DNA of 64,000 nucleotides from Candidatus Kuenenbacteria bacterium (GTDB lineage Bacteria > Patescibacteriota > Patescibacteriia > UBA2196 > GWA2-42-15), in assembly GCA_012797775.1 (NCBI GenBank), contig JAAZOM010000006.1, positions 12,815-76,814 of the forward strand. Reading direction: 5' to 3'. Shown in pieces: positions 54,496 through 64,000 of this stretch. The notes beneath the pieces were generated by a model. It was not told where the DNA came from, searched no databases, and saw only the letters and a program-made list of their open reading frames with translations. The stretch's first letter is position 1; the number at the start of each line of letters is the position of its first letter. A program made the position numbers and the translations under genes.

Positions 54496-55275
54496 CTAAC
54501 CCCGGGCCAATGCCGCCCCCCACACTTCTTTGGCTCCGGCCTCTTTCAATATCTTGGCACACTCATTCATCGTTGTCCCTGTTGTGATAATATCATCTAT
54601 CAAAAGCACAGTTTTATCTTTGAGCCCCTTTTCCAATTCATCACTCATCCCAAAAACTCCTTGTAAGTTTTTCTCCCGCTCTTCTTTTTTGAGTTTGGCC
54701 TGCGGTTTGGTATATTTGTTGCGCCGCATCAGTAGTGGCATTATCGGCCAGCCAAATTCTCTGCCAATTCTTTCTGCCAAAAGTTCCGCCTGATTAAAAC
54801 CTCGCCAATTGAGTCTTCTTCTGTGTAAAGGTATCGGCGCCAAAATTATATTCTTACTCTTTAATAATTGGACCATTTGCGGCTCACCTGCCCAGATAGC
54901 CTGTCTAGGCGGGGTTATTTTTTTTATCAAAATTTGTGCCAGAGGCTCGGCCAATCCTTTTACAAAACTATACTTATATTTATGAATCGCCTCTTGTAAT
55001 AATTTGTCCTCCCACTCCGCCGCCACAATCACCCCGTCCAAAGCTGTTTTTTCTTGGCACGAACGATGCGTCTGCCCGAACACCGTCGGCTCCTTGCACA
55101 CTACGCATTGATCAATTGTTTTCAATTTTATTTTCGCCTGGCAGAGTGGACACAGCCACTCGTTTTCTCGGCCGCAACCTAGACATTCGATTGGAAACAA
55201 AACATCCAAAAAACGCCCGGTCAATTTTTCCAAGGCGTTTTTTATCACTGGCCAATTCATATTAAGCCAAAACAA
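54496..55275 (-). CDS. comF: ComF/GntX-family phosphoribosyltransferase.
   Basis: N-terminal double zinc ribbon (CLGCGRENEWLCPLC...CVVC). C-terminal PRTase motif LLIDDIITTGTTM. Confidence 0.75.
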   Translation of the reverse strand: MFWLNMNWPVIKNALEKLTGRFLDVLFPIECLGCGRENEWLCPLCQAKIKLKTIDQCVVCKEPTVFGQTHRSCQEKTALDGVIVAAEWEDKLLQEAIHKYKYSFVKGLAEPLAQILIKKITPPRQAIWAGEPQMVQLLKSKNIILAPIPLHRRRLNWRGFNQAELLAERIGREFGWPIMPLLMRRNKYTKPQAKLKKEEREKNLQGVFGMSDELEKGLKDKTVLLIDDIITTGTTMNECAKILKEAGAKEVWGAALARG

Positions 55276-55684
55276 TTAAAATCGCTCCAATGGCCATCAT
55301 GGCCGCCCCGATGCCAATTTTCAGACTTATCTTTTCTCCGAGTATCAAAGCCGCCAAAATTATCGCAAACACTACACTTAACCGATCCAGGGGCGCCACT
55401 TGAGATACCTTTCCGAGCTTCAAAGCAAAAAAATAAAATAGCCACGAAAGAGCCCCAGCTATTCCTGACAAGACTATATAATAGAGAGCTTTTTTATTGG
55501 CTATTATATCATCAATATGGCCTATTTTTCCTTGGATCAAAATTACCACCAATAAAAATATAGCCATGACAATCGCTCTCATCGTTGTCGCCGTCGCTGT
55601 ATCAATGCCGTGCAAACCCATCTTGCCAAAGATGGCGACCAGCGCTGCAAATACAGCGGCCAAAAGTCCAAAGATGATCCACAT
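55262..55684 (-). CDS. EamA/DMT-family small membrane transporter (single EamA repeat).
   Basis: 140 aa with four TM helices and an EamA-like pattern. Confidence 0.55.
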   Translation of the reverse strand: MWIIFGLLAAVFAALVAIFGKMGLHGIDTATATTMRAIVMAIFLLVVILIQGKIGHIDDIIANKKALYYIVLSGIAGALSWLFYFFALKLGKVSQVAPLDRLSVVFAIILAALILGEKISLKIGIGAAMMAIGAILIVLA

Positions 55685-55688
55685 AAAT

Positions 55689-58172
55689 TTAGGTTAATTT
55701 TATTTTATTATTTTGGACGGTTATTTGGATAGTCTTATTTTTTATTTTCTCACCACCAATAATTTTGTCCGCCAAGGGCTCCTCTATTTCTTTTTGGAGG
55801 GTCTCTCTCACCGCCCTAGCCCCAGTCTCTCTTTTTTCACACTCTTTGAGTAGTTTGTCTACCACTGGTTTTCCCCAGCCAATTTTCAGTTTTTTATTTG
55901 CCAGTTTTTCATTTATTGCTTGCATTTCCAGCTCAATTATTTTTGCTAGTTCTTTTTTGCCCAAATTTTCAAATATCAAAATCTGGTCTATTCGGTTCAA
56001 AAATTCCGGCCGCAAAAATTCCTCCAAAGCTTCTTTAAAATTATCCCTTTCGGCCATTCTCTCCTCATCCCCAAAACCCAGTCTTTTCTGTTCACTTCTT
56101 TTTTTGAGCCCTATATTGGTCGTCATTATAATTATAGTATTCCTAAAATTTATCACCCGACCCTTGCTGTCTGTTATTTGCCCGTCTTCGAGGATTGATA
56201 GCCAGAGGTTAAAAATATCCGGATGGGCCTTTTCTATCTCATCGAGCAAGACCACCGAATAGGGGTTTCTTTTGATTTTTTCGGTCAAAACACCACCCTC
56301 ATCATAGCCCACATAGCCAGCCGGTGCCCCGATGATTTTTGAAGCATTAAATTTTTCTCCATATTCAGACATGTCCAACCTGATGAGTCCGTCTCCCCTA
56401 GGATTCAGGGTTTCTGCCAATACCTTGGCGGTATAGGTTTTACCAACACCCGAGGCCCCGGCAAAGACAAAAGAACCCAAAGGTCTTTTGTCGCCAGCGA
56501 GCCCCACGGCCGAGCGCTTTATTACGCCGGCTATTTTTTTTATTACTTTTTCTTGACCGATGATCTTGGCCTTGAGCTTGTCTTCTAGCGAGGCGATTTC
56601 CCCCGCCATTTTTTTCTTATCAGAAATATTGATCTTGGTTGCCTCAGCCATGAGTTCTCGGATATCGTCTCCTTTTATTATATTGCCAGCCAGAGATTTG
56701 GGGTTACTCTTCATTTTATTGTTCATCTCTTCTGTCTCGAGCTGATAAATTTTATTCACCAACTCAAACTCTTCCCCTTTGATTTTTATTGCCTCTTTGT
56801 ACTTTTCTTCTTTGACCAAATTATCCTTTTCTTTGCCGAGTCGTTGCAGCTCTTTTTTGAGCAGACTGATCTTTTGCCGGTTACCTCGACTCGGCCGCTC
56901 GACTCTTTTTTTACTGGCCGCTTCATCGATCAGGTCAATCGCCTTATCTGGCAAAAATTGGTTTGGCAAATATCGCTCTGACAGGCGGACCGCTTCCTCT
57001 ATGGCTTCATCGCTGATTTTCAGGAGGTGATGTTTTTCATAGGCCGGCCGGATGCCTTTGATTATTTCTATAGCTTCCTCTGCTGTCGGTTCACCGACCA
57101 TTACTTTTTGCAGCCTTCTCCCCAAGGCGCTGTCTGGCTCAATATGCTTTTTGTAGTCTTCAAAAGTTGTTGCTCCTATACAGTGGATTTCCCCGCGGGC
57201 TAGAGCAGGTTTCAAAATATTGGCGGCGTCCATTGTACCCGAGCTCGAGCCCGCGCCGACGATATTGTGTATTTCATCAATGAATAAAATAATATTGGGA
57301 TCAGATTTGGCCTCATCAACGATCTGTTTCACGCGCGCTTCAAATTCTCCCCGGTAACTGGTGCCAGCTACCAAGAGGGGCATATCGAGGGAGTATATTT
57401 TTTTATCAACCAAAACATCAGGCACTTGCCCGAGCATTATTTTTTTGGCCAGCCCTTCCACGATAGCGGTTTTACCCACGCCCGGCTCGCCCAAGAGAAT
57501 CGGATTATTTTTGTTACGCCGTGACAAAATTTGGACCACTCTTTTTATCTCTGCTTCCCGGCCGATCACCGGATTGATATTCTTCTGTGCTACTGGGATA
57601 GTCAGGTCTGTACCAAAAAAATCCAAAATGGTCTCGCGTTTCTTTTTATTATTTTTTTCTTCCTGACGCAGTTTTTCCTTGAGGTTATTGACTGCCTCGG
57701 CGATCTCGCCAAATTTGGCCGTAGAGCCAAGCACCGATTCCAGGCTTTTGAGCAAATTTTTATTATTTACTTTGTATTTGTCCAGTATTTTATTTACCTC
57801 TTCGTTGTTTGCTTTTATCAGACTATATAAAAGATGTTCTGTGCCAATATAGTTGTGCTGGTATTTGGCGGCCACGGCGGCCGAGTCCACTACTATTTTT
57901 TTTGCTACTTTGCTTAGCCCCACCTCCTCTTTCGCCGAGAGAATTTTTTCCCATTCCTCTGTCTTTGCTTCTCCTGCGTCAGTCTCGAGCCCCGCCCTGA
58001 CCCCGGCCTTATTCAAGGTCTCGCCGCCGAGTGAGCCCTTCTCGGCGATCAGCCCCCAAAATATTTCTTCCACGCCGATTTCTTTTTTCTTATTGGCAAC
58101 AGACAGGCCAAAAGCCCGGACAATAGTCTTTTTGTAATGATTGGTAAATTTGTTTAAAATATTTTCTGTCAT
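55689..58172 (-). CDS. clpC: ClpC/ClpB-type double-AAA+ Clp ATPase.
   Basis: Clp N domain. NBD1 Walker A GEPGVGKTA and Walker B LFIDEIH. NBD2 GASGVGKT. Start set at the internal Met 58172. The track ORF extends to a TTG at 58217. Confidence 0.8.
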   Translation of the reverse strand: MTENILNKFTNHYKKTIVRAFGLSVANKKKEIGVEEIFWGLIAEKGSLGGETLNKAGVRAGLETDAGEAKTEEWEKILSAKEEVGLSKVAKKIVVDSAAVAAKYQHNYIGTEHLLYSLIKANNEEVNKILDKYKVNNKNLLKSLESVLGSTAKFGEIAEAVNNLKEKLRQEEKNNKKKRETILDFFGTDLTIPVAQKNINPVIGREAEIKRVVQILSRRNKNNPILLGEPGVGKTAIVEGLAKKIMLGQVPDVLVDKKIYSLDMPLLVAGTSYRGEFEARVKQIVDEAKSDPNIILFIDEIHNIVGAGSSSGTMDAANILKPALARGEIHCIGATTFEDYKKHIEPDSALGRRLQKVMVGEPTAEEAIEIIKGIRPAYEKHHLLKISDEAIEEAVRLSERYLPNQFLPDKAIDLIDEAASKKRVERPSRGNRQKISLLKKELQRLGKEKDNLVKEEKYKEAIKIKGEEFELVNKIYQLETEEMNNKMKSNPKSLAGNIIKGDDIRELMAEATKINISDKKKMAGEIASLEDKLKAKIIGQEKVIKKIAGVIKRSAVGLAGDKRPLGSFVFAGASGVGKTYTAKVLAETLNPRGDGLIRLDMSEYGEKFNASKIIGAPAGYVGYDEGGVLTEKIKRNPYSVVLLDEIEKAHPDIFNLWLSILEDGQITDSKGRVINFRNTIIIMTTNIGLKKRSEQKRLGFGDEERMAERDNFKEALEEFLRPEFLNRIDQILIFENLGKKELAKIIELEMQAINEKLANKKLKIGWGKPVVDKLLKECEKRETGARAVRETLQKEIEEPLADKIIGGEKIKNKTIQITVQNNKIKLT

Positions 58173-58360
58173 ATTTTGATGTGTTCCTATTCTAACACAA
58201 TTAAAGCACCTTTTCAATTCAGGATAGGGGAGTGTTTTCTCTTTTGACTTTTGTCAAAATTTATGCTACAATATAATTATATCACAAATGCTAATATTGG
58301 CGTTTGTCTAAAAGGCCATTAAAGGCCAAAAAATAAAAATAAAAACTAAAATATAAAGAT

Positions 58361-61300
58361 ATGCCTAGTCTTTACAAAAACAGGAAACTGTTTGTCGCTA
58401 TTTTTCTATTGTCAGTGGTACTACTTGGTGCCGCTTTTTTAATTCCTGAAAAAAAGCAGGGGATGGTGCTAGGAGAGACTACAGCTGACCCTACCATCTC
58501 TGCTCTCACTATTAGCAATATCACCGCCACATCGGCCAAAATCACCTGGACCACGAGTGACCCGATGACCACCGTTCTTACCTATTATGTTGCTGGCACT
58601 AATAATATAAAAATTGCTTATGGTGCCGGTGCTTCTTTTAGTAATACTCATGAGGTTAATTTGACTGGACTTGCACCAAACACCAGCTACCATCTTTTTG
58701 CCGAATCAGAAGATTCTGACGAGTATTATACCCTGAATGCCTATGGTGATTTTAAAACGTTAACAAGCGCCCCCGCCGCCAGCGATGCTTTGGCCTTTAC
58801 CAAAGAACCGTCCGTCGTCGTTACTAGTTCCTCAGCTACGCTTACTTGGACTACCAACATGGAGGCTACCCACTTGGTAAAATACAAGACCAACTCAGAA
58901 ACCACTTACCGCCAGGCCTATCTTTCTGGTCAGTCCTCTACCCACACTATTTCTATCACCTCCCTCACTCCCAATACCATCTATAATTATATTGTTGAAT
59001 CAGAAGAGCAAGGTGATCGTGGTTTTATTTCCAAGAGTGGGTCATTTACCACCTCAGCTGGTTCGCTCACTCCTACGATCTCCGAGCCCAAAGTTGCCAA
59101 CCTCAGTGCTACCTCAGCCAAGATTTATTGGACCAGCAACGTACCCATGAGTACTGAGATAAGGTATGCCAAGGATGGCACCACCAGCTATACCTATGAT
59201 TCCATCGATTGGGAAGATGAGAGGGAGTGGGGCGTTGATCACGAAATAACGTTAAGCGGTCTCTTACCTGGCACTAAATATAATTTTTACGCCGGTGGCG
59301 AGGATGGTCGCACCTCTATTGAAAAAGTGGGATCCTTCCAGACTTTATCTGCCTCTCCTAGTTTTTCCAGTCTGGTTGTTCAAAGTATCACTACCACCAT
59401 CAGCACGCCAACAGCCAATCAATTGGTCCCACTTACTATTGGTGTAAAAAATAATGATAATATCAATGCTCTTACCAACGTGCCCATCGAGATAAAAGTC
59501 AATGGCTTGGCCATTTGCAGCGGCACTGTTATGCCTCGGATCTCTCCCAGCGCAACTGGTTATGCTGCTTGCAACTGGACTCCGACAGCTAGTGGTTCTC
59601 ATACCATTACCGCTTCTATCTCTGTTGGGGGCTCGGTTATTTCCACAAAGAATGTGACTTTTACCGTGGTTGGTAGTTCTGCTTACGTCACCCTGACCAC
59701 TAGCCCCTCTACTGTGGCCGTAGGCCAGAAAGTCATTTTGACTGGCAAGATTACTGGGGAACACACTTTTCAGATAGCTCAGTTCAAAGAATTATATAAT
59801 GATCCGACCCCAGATAAGGTTATTTGTGATACGACTACCAAAAATAGCACCGGTTTATACACATGCGAGTGGACACCCAAAACAGCCGGCGACTACCAAT
59901 TAGCCTTTAGAGTAAACTATGATGATGCCTTAACTGCTACAGCCAACTACGCCGTAACCGCCGCCAGTGTTACTCCCACCTACGCTTGGGTCGAAGGTGC
60001 GTGGGGATCTTGTAATGCCAATGGCACCCAATCAAGAACTGTTGTCTGTAGAAAAACAGAAGGTACTTCAGTTACCGATGTTGAGGAAAGATATTGTGCC
60101 AATGCCGGTGCCAAACCAGCTACGACTCAGGTCTGCAGTAAATTATCTATTTTAAGTATCACCACCACCAAGACCAGTATTCTCCCCAATGAGGTTATTC
60201 CCCTAAGTATTGCCATTAAGAATAGCGATCAGATAAACCCTTATACTAATATTTTATTGGAATTAAAAAGTGGGTCAGCCGTTATTTGCAACCCAACCAT
60301 TTCAAGGGTCTCTGCCGGCGTCACTGGCTATCAAACTTGCAACTGGACTCCGACAGCTAGTGGTTCTCATACCATTACCGCTTCTATCTCTGTTGGAGGC
60401 TCGGTTATTTCCACAAAGAATGTGAATTTTACCGTGGTTAACTCCACCACTAGTTATGTTACTTTGGGAGTTAGCCCCACCACCGTGGCGGTCGGCCAGA
60501 CTGTTGTTCTAGGCGGTAATATTATTGGCGACCACACCTTCACTATTGCTCAATTCAAAGTCCTAAAAGACGGCAATGATACTATTTTGTGCGAAACCAG
60601 AAATAAATCCAGCAACAATTCTTACGCTTGTAGCTGGACTCCAACAACCGCCGGTACTCATCAGTTAGTTTTTCGGGTTAATTATAGTGATCAATTGACT
60701 GCCACGACGAACTACACTGTGACCGCCGCCAGCGTTACTACCACCTACGCCTGGGCCGAAGGTGCGTGGGGTCCTTGCAATAATGGCACTCAGGTCAGAA
60801 CCGTATCTTGTAAAAAAACAGAAGGCACGACTGTCACCACGGTCATTGATAACTATTGTGTCAATGCCGGTGCCAAACCAAACACGACGCAAGGTTGTAC
60901 TTTGGGCGCGACGGCTGTCACACTTTCTGCCACTCCTACGACCGCGGCCATCGACACAAAAGTCGTCCTGACTGGGACCATAACTGGTACTCATGATTTC
61001 TATTGGGCTGAATTTAAAGATAACAAAAAATATCCGATACCAGATGATGTTCTTTGCAGCGTAAAAGAAAACGATGCTGATATCTATACCTGTGAGTGGA
61101 TACCCAAAACCGCCGGCAGTCACGAACTGGTTTTTAGGGTGAATTCGGATCCTGATCTGACAGCGACTCTTTTCTTTACCGTCACCGGTTCAAACTTAGC
61201 TACTTACTCCTGGTACTCCGGTGCCCCTCTTGGTGCCTGTACCGGAGGTAGTCAGACCGTTACTGTCTACTGCAAAGATTCTAATGGTGCTAGGGCTGAT

Positions 61301-63349
61301 GACTCCAAATGTATTGTTGCCAATGCCGGTGCCAAACCAGCTACGACACAAAGTTGCAGTAATATTACTTTTGCCTGGGGTGAACCTAGCGCCTGGGGTG
61401 TTTGCACTGATGGTAATCAAACAAGAACTGTCGTCTGTAAAAAAATAGAAGGTACGACTGTCACCGACGTTAATGATAGTTTCTGCCCTCCTGCTACCAA
61501 GCCAGTCACATCGCAGTCTTGTATATCTGATGAACCCGACCTTACCTTTACCGCCTTTTCCGTCAGCTTGAACAATGGTGGTGTTAGCGGCACAAAAACC
61601 AGAACTGTAAGATGCCTAGATAGTAATGGCGATGTTATTGCTGATGCTTTGTGTCTTGGCCCTAAGCCAAAAGAAGTAGACAGTTGTCAAAATAATTCTC
61701 TATCCTTTGAGCTATTTGAGTTTTTTATTTATTCTGAAGATGGGGAGGAACTGCTGGTTTTTAGAGGTGTCTTACCTTCTATAATAGATGAAAGGATGGA
61801 CATGTTTTTCTTTATCGATGACCATAAAAGTGAATGGCTGTCGACTATTGATAGGACCCTTTTTTTTGAATCTACTACTGAAGGAGTAAGGTCATTTTTT
61901 GCTGATGGTTTTGATCCATTTACTAATGGTGACCATGTTTTTAAGGTAAGAGTCTGTAGTCAAAACAACCCCACTTTTTGTTTTGAAGAAGAAAGATTTT
62001 ATAATATTGGAGGAGAAAAATCAGGAAACTCTTGGGAAACGTCGTTTTGGCAAACGCAAGCTTGTTCCGCCGGTACTGGCGCTAGCTCTCTGACTTTGGT
62101 TCCAGCTATCCAAAATATTGGCACCGTCGCCGTTTCTACGCCTTTCAATATCAAAGTAGAAGTCAGCATAAATGATGACCCCATCGCCGGCTCCGAGGAA
62201 ACGTTCACAGTTACTGATGGTTTTGCTCCGGGCTTTGGCAATTATTTGACCCACATTTATAATAAATATATTTTTGATGATCCGGGCAACTATGTTATTA
62301 AGCTCACTATGTTAGATGTTGCCGGTGAAACCAATACTGCCAACAACAGCATCACTAGTAATTTGGCCGTTTCTCCTGATAATAATATTGTTATCTCCAA
62401 TTTGCGGGTTTCCGATATCACCAGCACTTCGGCTACTGTCAATTTCAGCACCAACATCGCTACCAAAGGCGCGGTTTGGTATGGTACCACTGATACGATT
62501 CAGGGTCGCAATTTTAGAGCCTATGATGGTGGTAGCCATGAGGCATATCAAACAATTACACCGAGCATGATTCACCAGATTCGACTTGCCAACTTGGCCC
62601 CCGATACCACTTATTATTATCGTGGCGACGCCCTTGTCATCGCCGATCAGGTCGCGGAAACCGCTTCATATAGTTTCAAAACAAAGGCATTGGAGACTTA
62701 TTCTTGGGTTAATGTCGGTTGGTCAGATTGTGTTGATGGAAAACAAGAGTTAATGGTTGAGTGCCGCAATCAATCTGGTTCCAAAGTATCTGACAGCCAG
62801 TGCACTGGCACAAAGCCATCTGACAGTCGCGATTGTGAAATTTCTGATAATGCGACAGGCGAACGGCTCGCCGGCCGCTTACTTCTAGCGGCTGAAGACC
62901 ATGGTCGCGTCTATTATATTTACCCGGAAGATTATAAAAAATATGAAGTAACCTTTGGTAATGTCATGAAACTTTTTCAGGATTTATCTTTGGGTATTAG
63001 TAATAGTGATCTAAACAAAATTCTCATCAACCCCAATGCCGTGAGTGTGGACAAAGACAGTGACGGTGATGGCTATAATGACAAATCAGAAGTGACCAAT
63101 GGCTACAATCCATATCTAGCTTCTGACCCAGCCCATCGTGGCAATGACAAGGTTCAAGTTGATACTGTCTTGAGCAACCGTTTAATCGGCAGGTTATTGC
63201 TCCAAGTCGAGGATCGTGGTCGTATCTGGTATGTGGATCAAGAGGCCAAACGTTGGGAAGTCACCTGGGAAAATGTCATGAATTTATTCACATCTCTTTC
63301 ATTAGGTACTAATAATGATGATCTAGCAAGGATACAAAGTGGCAACTAA
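58361..63349 (+). CDS. Giant secreted repeat protein (1662 aa). It combines Fn3-like domains, repeated Ig-like plus thrombospondin-type-1-like Cys modules, and a C-terminal tandem repeat.
   Basis: N-terminal signal/TM segment. Three Fn3-like units (ITATSAKITWTT...LTGLAPNTSY). Five W..W..C...Q.R.V.C...C...KP...Q.C modules (for example AWVEGAWGSCNANGTQSRTVVCRK...YCANAGAKPATTQVC). An internal roughly 88-bp DNA repeat at 59570-59657 and 60338-60425 is almost identical. Two C-terminal RLxGRLLLxxEDxGR modules. Confidence 0.8.
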   Translation: MPSLYKNRKLFVAIFLLSVVLLGAAFLIPEKKQGMVLGETTADPTISALTISNITATSAKITWTTSDPMTTVLTYYVAGTNNIKIAYGAGASFSNTHEVNLTGLAPNTSYHLFAESEDSDEYYTLNAYGDFKTLTSAPAASDALAFTKEPSVVVTSSSATLTWTTNMEATHLVKYKTNSETTYRQAYLSGQSSTHTISITSLTPNTIYNYIVESEEQGDRGFISKSGSFTTSAGSLTPTISEPKVANLSATSAKIYWTSNVPMSTEIRYAKDGTTSYTYDSIDWEDEREWGVDHEITLSGLLPGTKYNFYAGGEDGRTSIEKVGSFQTLSASPSFSSLVVQSITTTISTPTANQLVPLTIGVKNNDNINALTNVPIEIKVNGLAICSGTVMPRISPSATGYAACNWTPTASGSHTITASISVGGSVISTKNVTFTVVGSSAYVTLTTSPSTVAVGQKVILTGKITGEHTFQIAQFKELYNDPTPDKVICDTTTKNSTGLYTCEWTPKTAGDYQLAFRVNYDDALTATANYAVTAASVTPTYAWVEGAWGSCNANGTQSRTVVCRKTEGTSVTDVEERYCANAGAKPATTQVCSKLSILSITTTKTSILPNEVIPLSIAIKNSDQINPYTNILLELKSGSAVICNPTISRVSAGVTGYQTCNWTPTASGSHTITASISVGGSVISTKNVNFTVVNSTTSYVTLGVSPTTVAVGQTVVLGGNIIGDHTFTIAQFKVLKDGNDTILCETRNKSSNNSYACSWTPTTAGTHQLVFRVNYSDQLTATTNYTVTAASVTTTYAWAEGAWGPCNNGTQVRTVSCKKTEGTTVTTVIDNYCVNAGAKPNTTQGCTLGATAVTLSATPTTAAIDTKVVLTGTITGTHDFYWAEFKDNKKYPIPDDVLCSVKENDADIYTCEWIPKTAGSHELVFRVNSDPDLTATLFFTVTGSNLATYSWYSGAPLGACTGGSQTVTVYCKDSNGARADDSKCIVANAGAKPATTQSCSNITFAWGEPSAWGVCTDGNQTRTVVCKKIEGTTVTDVNDSFCPPATKPVTSQSCISDEPDLTFTAFSVSLNNGGVSGTKTRTVRCLDSNGDVIADALCLGPKPKEVDSCQNNSLSFELFEFFIYSEDGEELLVFRGVLPSIIDERMDMFFFIDDHKSEWLSTIDRTLFFESTTEGVRSFFADGFDPFTNGDHVFKVRVCSQNNPTFCFEEERFYNIGGEKSGNSWETSFWQTQACSAGTGASSLTLVPAIQNIGTVAVSTPFNIKVEVSINDDPIAGSEETFTVTDGFAPGFGNYLTHIYNKYIFDDPGNYVIKLTMLDVAGETNTANNSITSNLAVSPDNNIVISNLRVSDITSTSATVNFSTNIATKGAVWYGTTDTIQGRNFRAYDGGSHEAYQTITPSMIHQIRLANLAPDTTYYYRGDALVIADQVAETASYSFKTKALETYSWVNVGWSDCVDGKQELMVECRNQSGSKVSDSQCTGTKPSDSRDCEISDNATGERLAGRLLLAAEDHGRVYYIYPEDYKKYEVTFGNVMKLFQDLSLGISNSDLNKILINPNAVSVDKDSDGDGYNDKSEVTNGYNPYLASDPAHRGNDKVQVDTVLSNRLIGRLLLQVEDRGRIWYVDQEAKRWEVTWENVMNLFTSLSLGTNNDDLARIQSGN

Positions 63350-63363
63350 CATTAGATTTTTCA

Positions 63364-63393
63364 AACACCGTTCCTATCAGGAACGGTGTTTGC
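63364..63393 (+). terminator. Intrinsic terminator.
   Basis: caccgttcc-tatca-ggaacggtg hairpin followed by a T-rich stretch. Confidence 0.6.
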
Positions 63394-63699
63394 ATTTTAT
63401 GAAAAATCATCGAGGCTAAATAAATATTGCGCGAGTATATCTTTGGCCAGCTTCTATGTTAGAACTGCATTATTTTTTTATAGCTAGGCATTGAACTTGG
63501 GTAATAGGCATTTGACTTTTTTAGGAGATTATGCTATACTTCAATTAGGTAATAAAGAACTTAAAGGCTCTTTTTAATTATGGTCTTAAAGCAAGAATTT
63601 TATATTATTAAATATTCTGTTAGCTCTCATTCACCCTGAAGCCGTATTTTTGTACGGTTTTTTTATTTATAAACTAATTTTTGTAATAATATGTACCGC

Positions 63700-64000
63700 G
63701 GAAAAACAAAGTCAAAATTTCAAAAAATAGCCGCCCTGGTTATTCTAGCCACTCTCTTTACGCCGTTTTTTAGTCTAGAAGCAGAGGCCGCCACCCTCGA
63801 TCTTACCCCCCGCATTTCTTATTGGGCGGGTAAAGTCAACCAGCACACCGAAGACGGAGTCTGGAAAACAGATCCCGATGGTGCTTCTGGCGCCAACATT
63901 GCCATGTTGACCTATTGCAAAAAATGGTATCCCAATACCGTCAGCGTTGAGTATTATGGGGAAACATCAGAACCAGTCTGGAGAGCTGCTGGCAACACTG
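63700..64000 (+). CDS. Secreted protein, 5' part only; the gene continues past the window end.
   Basis: ATG at 63700 followed by signal peptide MYRGKTKSKFQKIAALVILATLFTPFFSLEAEAA. The ORF is open to the window end. Confidence 0.5.

Overview
The window reads as a low-GC bacterial chromosome segment with small genes and Candidate-Phyla-Radiation-like features. Those features are a form II/III RuBisCO together with AMP phosphorylase and ribose-1,5-bisphosphate isomerase, a ProRS without an editing domain, and many small hypothetical proteins. Housekeeping content includes the 3' end of frr, rseP and rlmN, and proS followed by mreB-mreC-mreD-mrdA. greA, trxA, trxB, smpB, argS, rplY, rpmB and tsaE are also present, alongside a SEDS (RodA/FtsW) protein, comF, clpC and a DegT/Gfo-Idh/Nudix sugar-modification cluster. 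Three tRNA genes were found by hand: Lys-TTT, Pro-GGG and a probable Asn-GTT with atypical loops. No CRISPR array, cas genes, transposase or integrase were seen. I flag eight things for a second look. (1) About 17.9-20.3 kb is GC-rich and essentially non-coding. It carries consensus sigma70 promoters and intrinsic terminators around long stems that contain G-U wobble pairs, which suggests one approximately 840-nt and several approximately 200-nt structured RNAs of unknown class. (2) A PEP-synthase/rifampin-phosphotransferase-like enzyme is split into one ATP-grasp gene and two paralogous phosphohistidine-domain genes. A 12-bp-phased direct-repeat array lies between the two His-domain genes. 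(3) An interspersed 85-190 bp element occurs in three copies, with TATCCTGA/TCAGGATA termini and GGATCC-centred hairpins. (4) Strictly 8-bp or 7-bp phased oligonucleotide arrays (CCTAC, GAGTAAY, TAAG) bracket two paralogous four-helix-bundle genes that sit inside the RuBisCO salvage cluster. (5) Three tandem paralogous small zinc-ribbon ORFs lie convergent to a strongly promoted 58-aa hydrophobic peptide. (6) Three tandem STAS-domain genes are followed by a small Cys-rich ORF. (7) An ECF sigma/anti-sigma pair is linked to a secreted Cys-rich peptide and a CxxCxGxG lipoprotein. (8) A 1662-aa secreted protein has Fn3, Ig-like and TSP1-like repeats and nearly identical internal DNA repeats. GC content is strikingly mosaic. 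All calls rest on reading the sequence and recalled family motifs; no database search was run.
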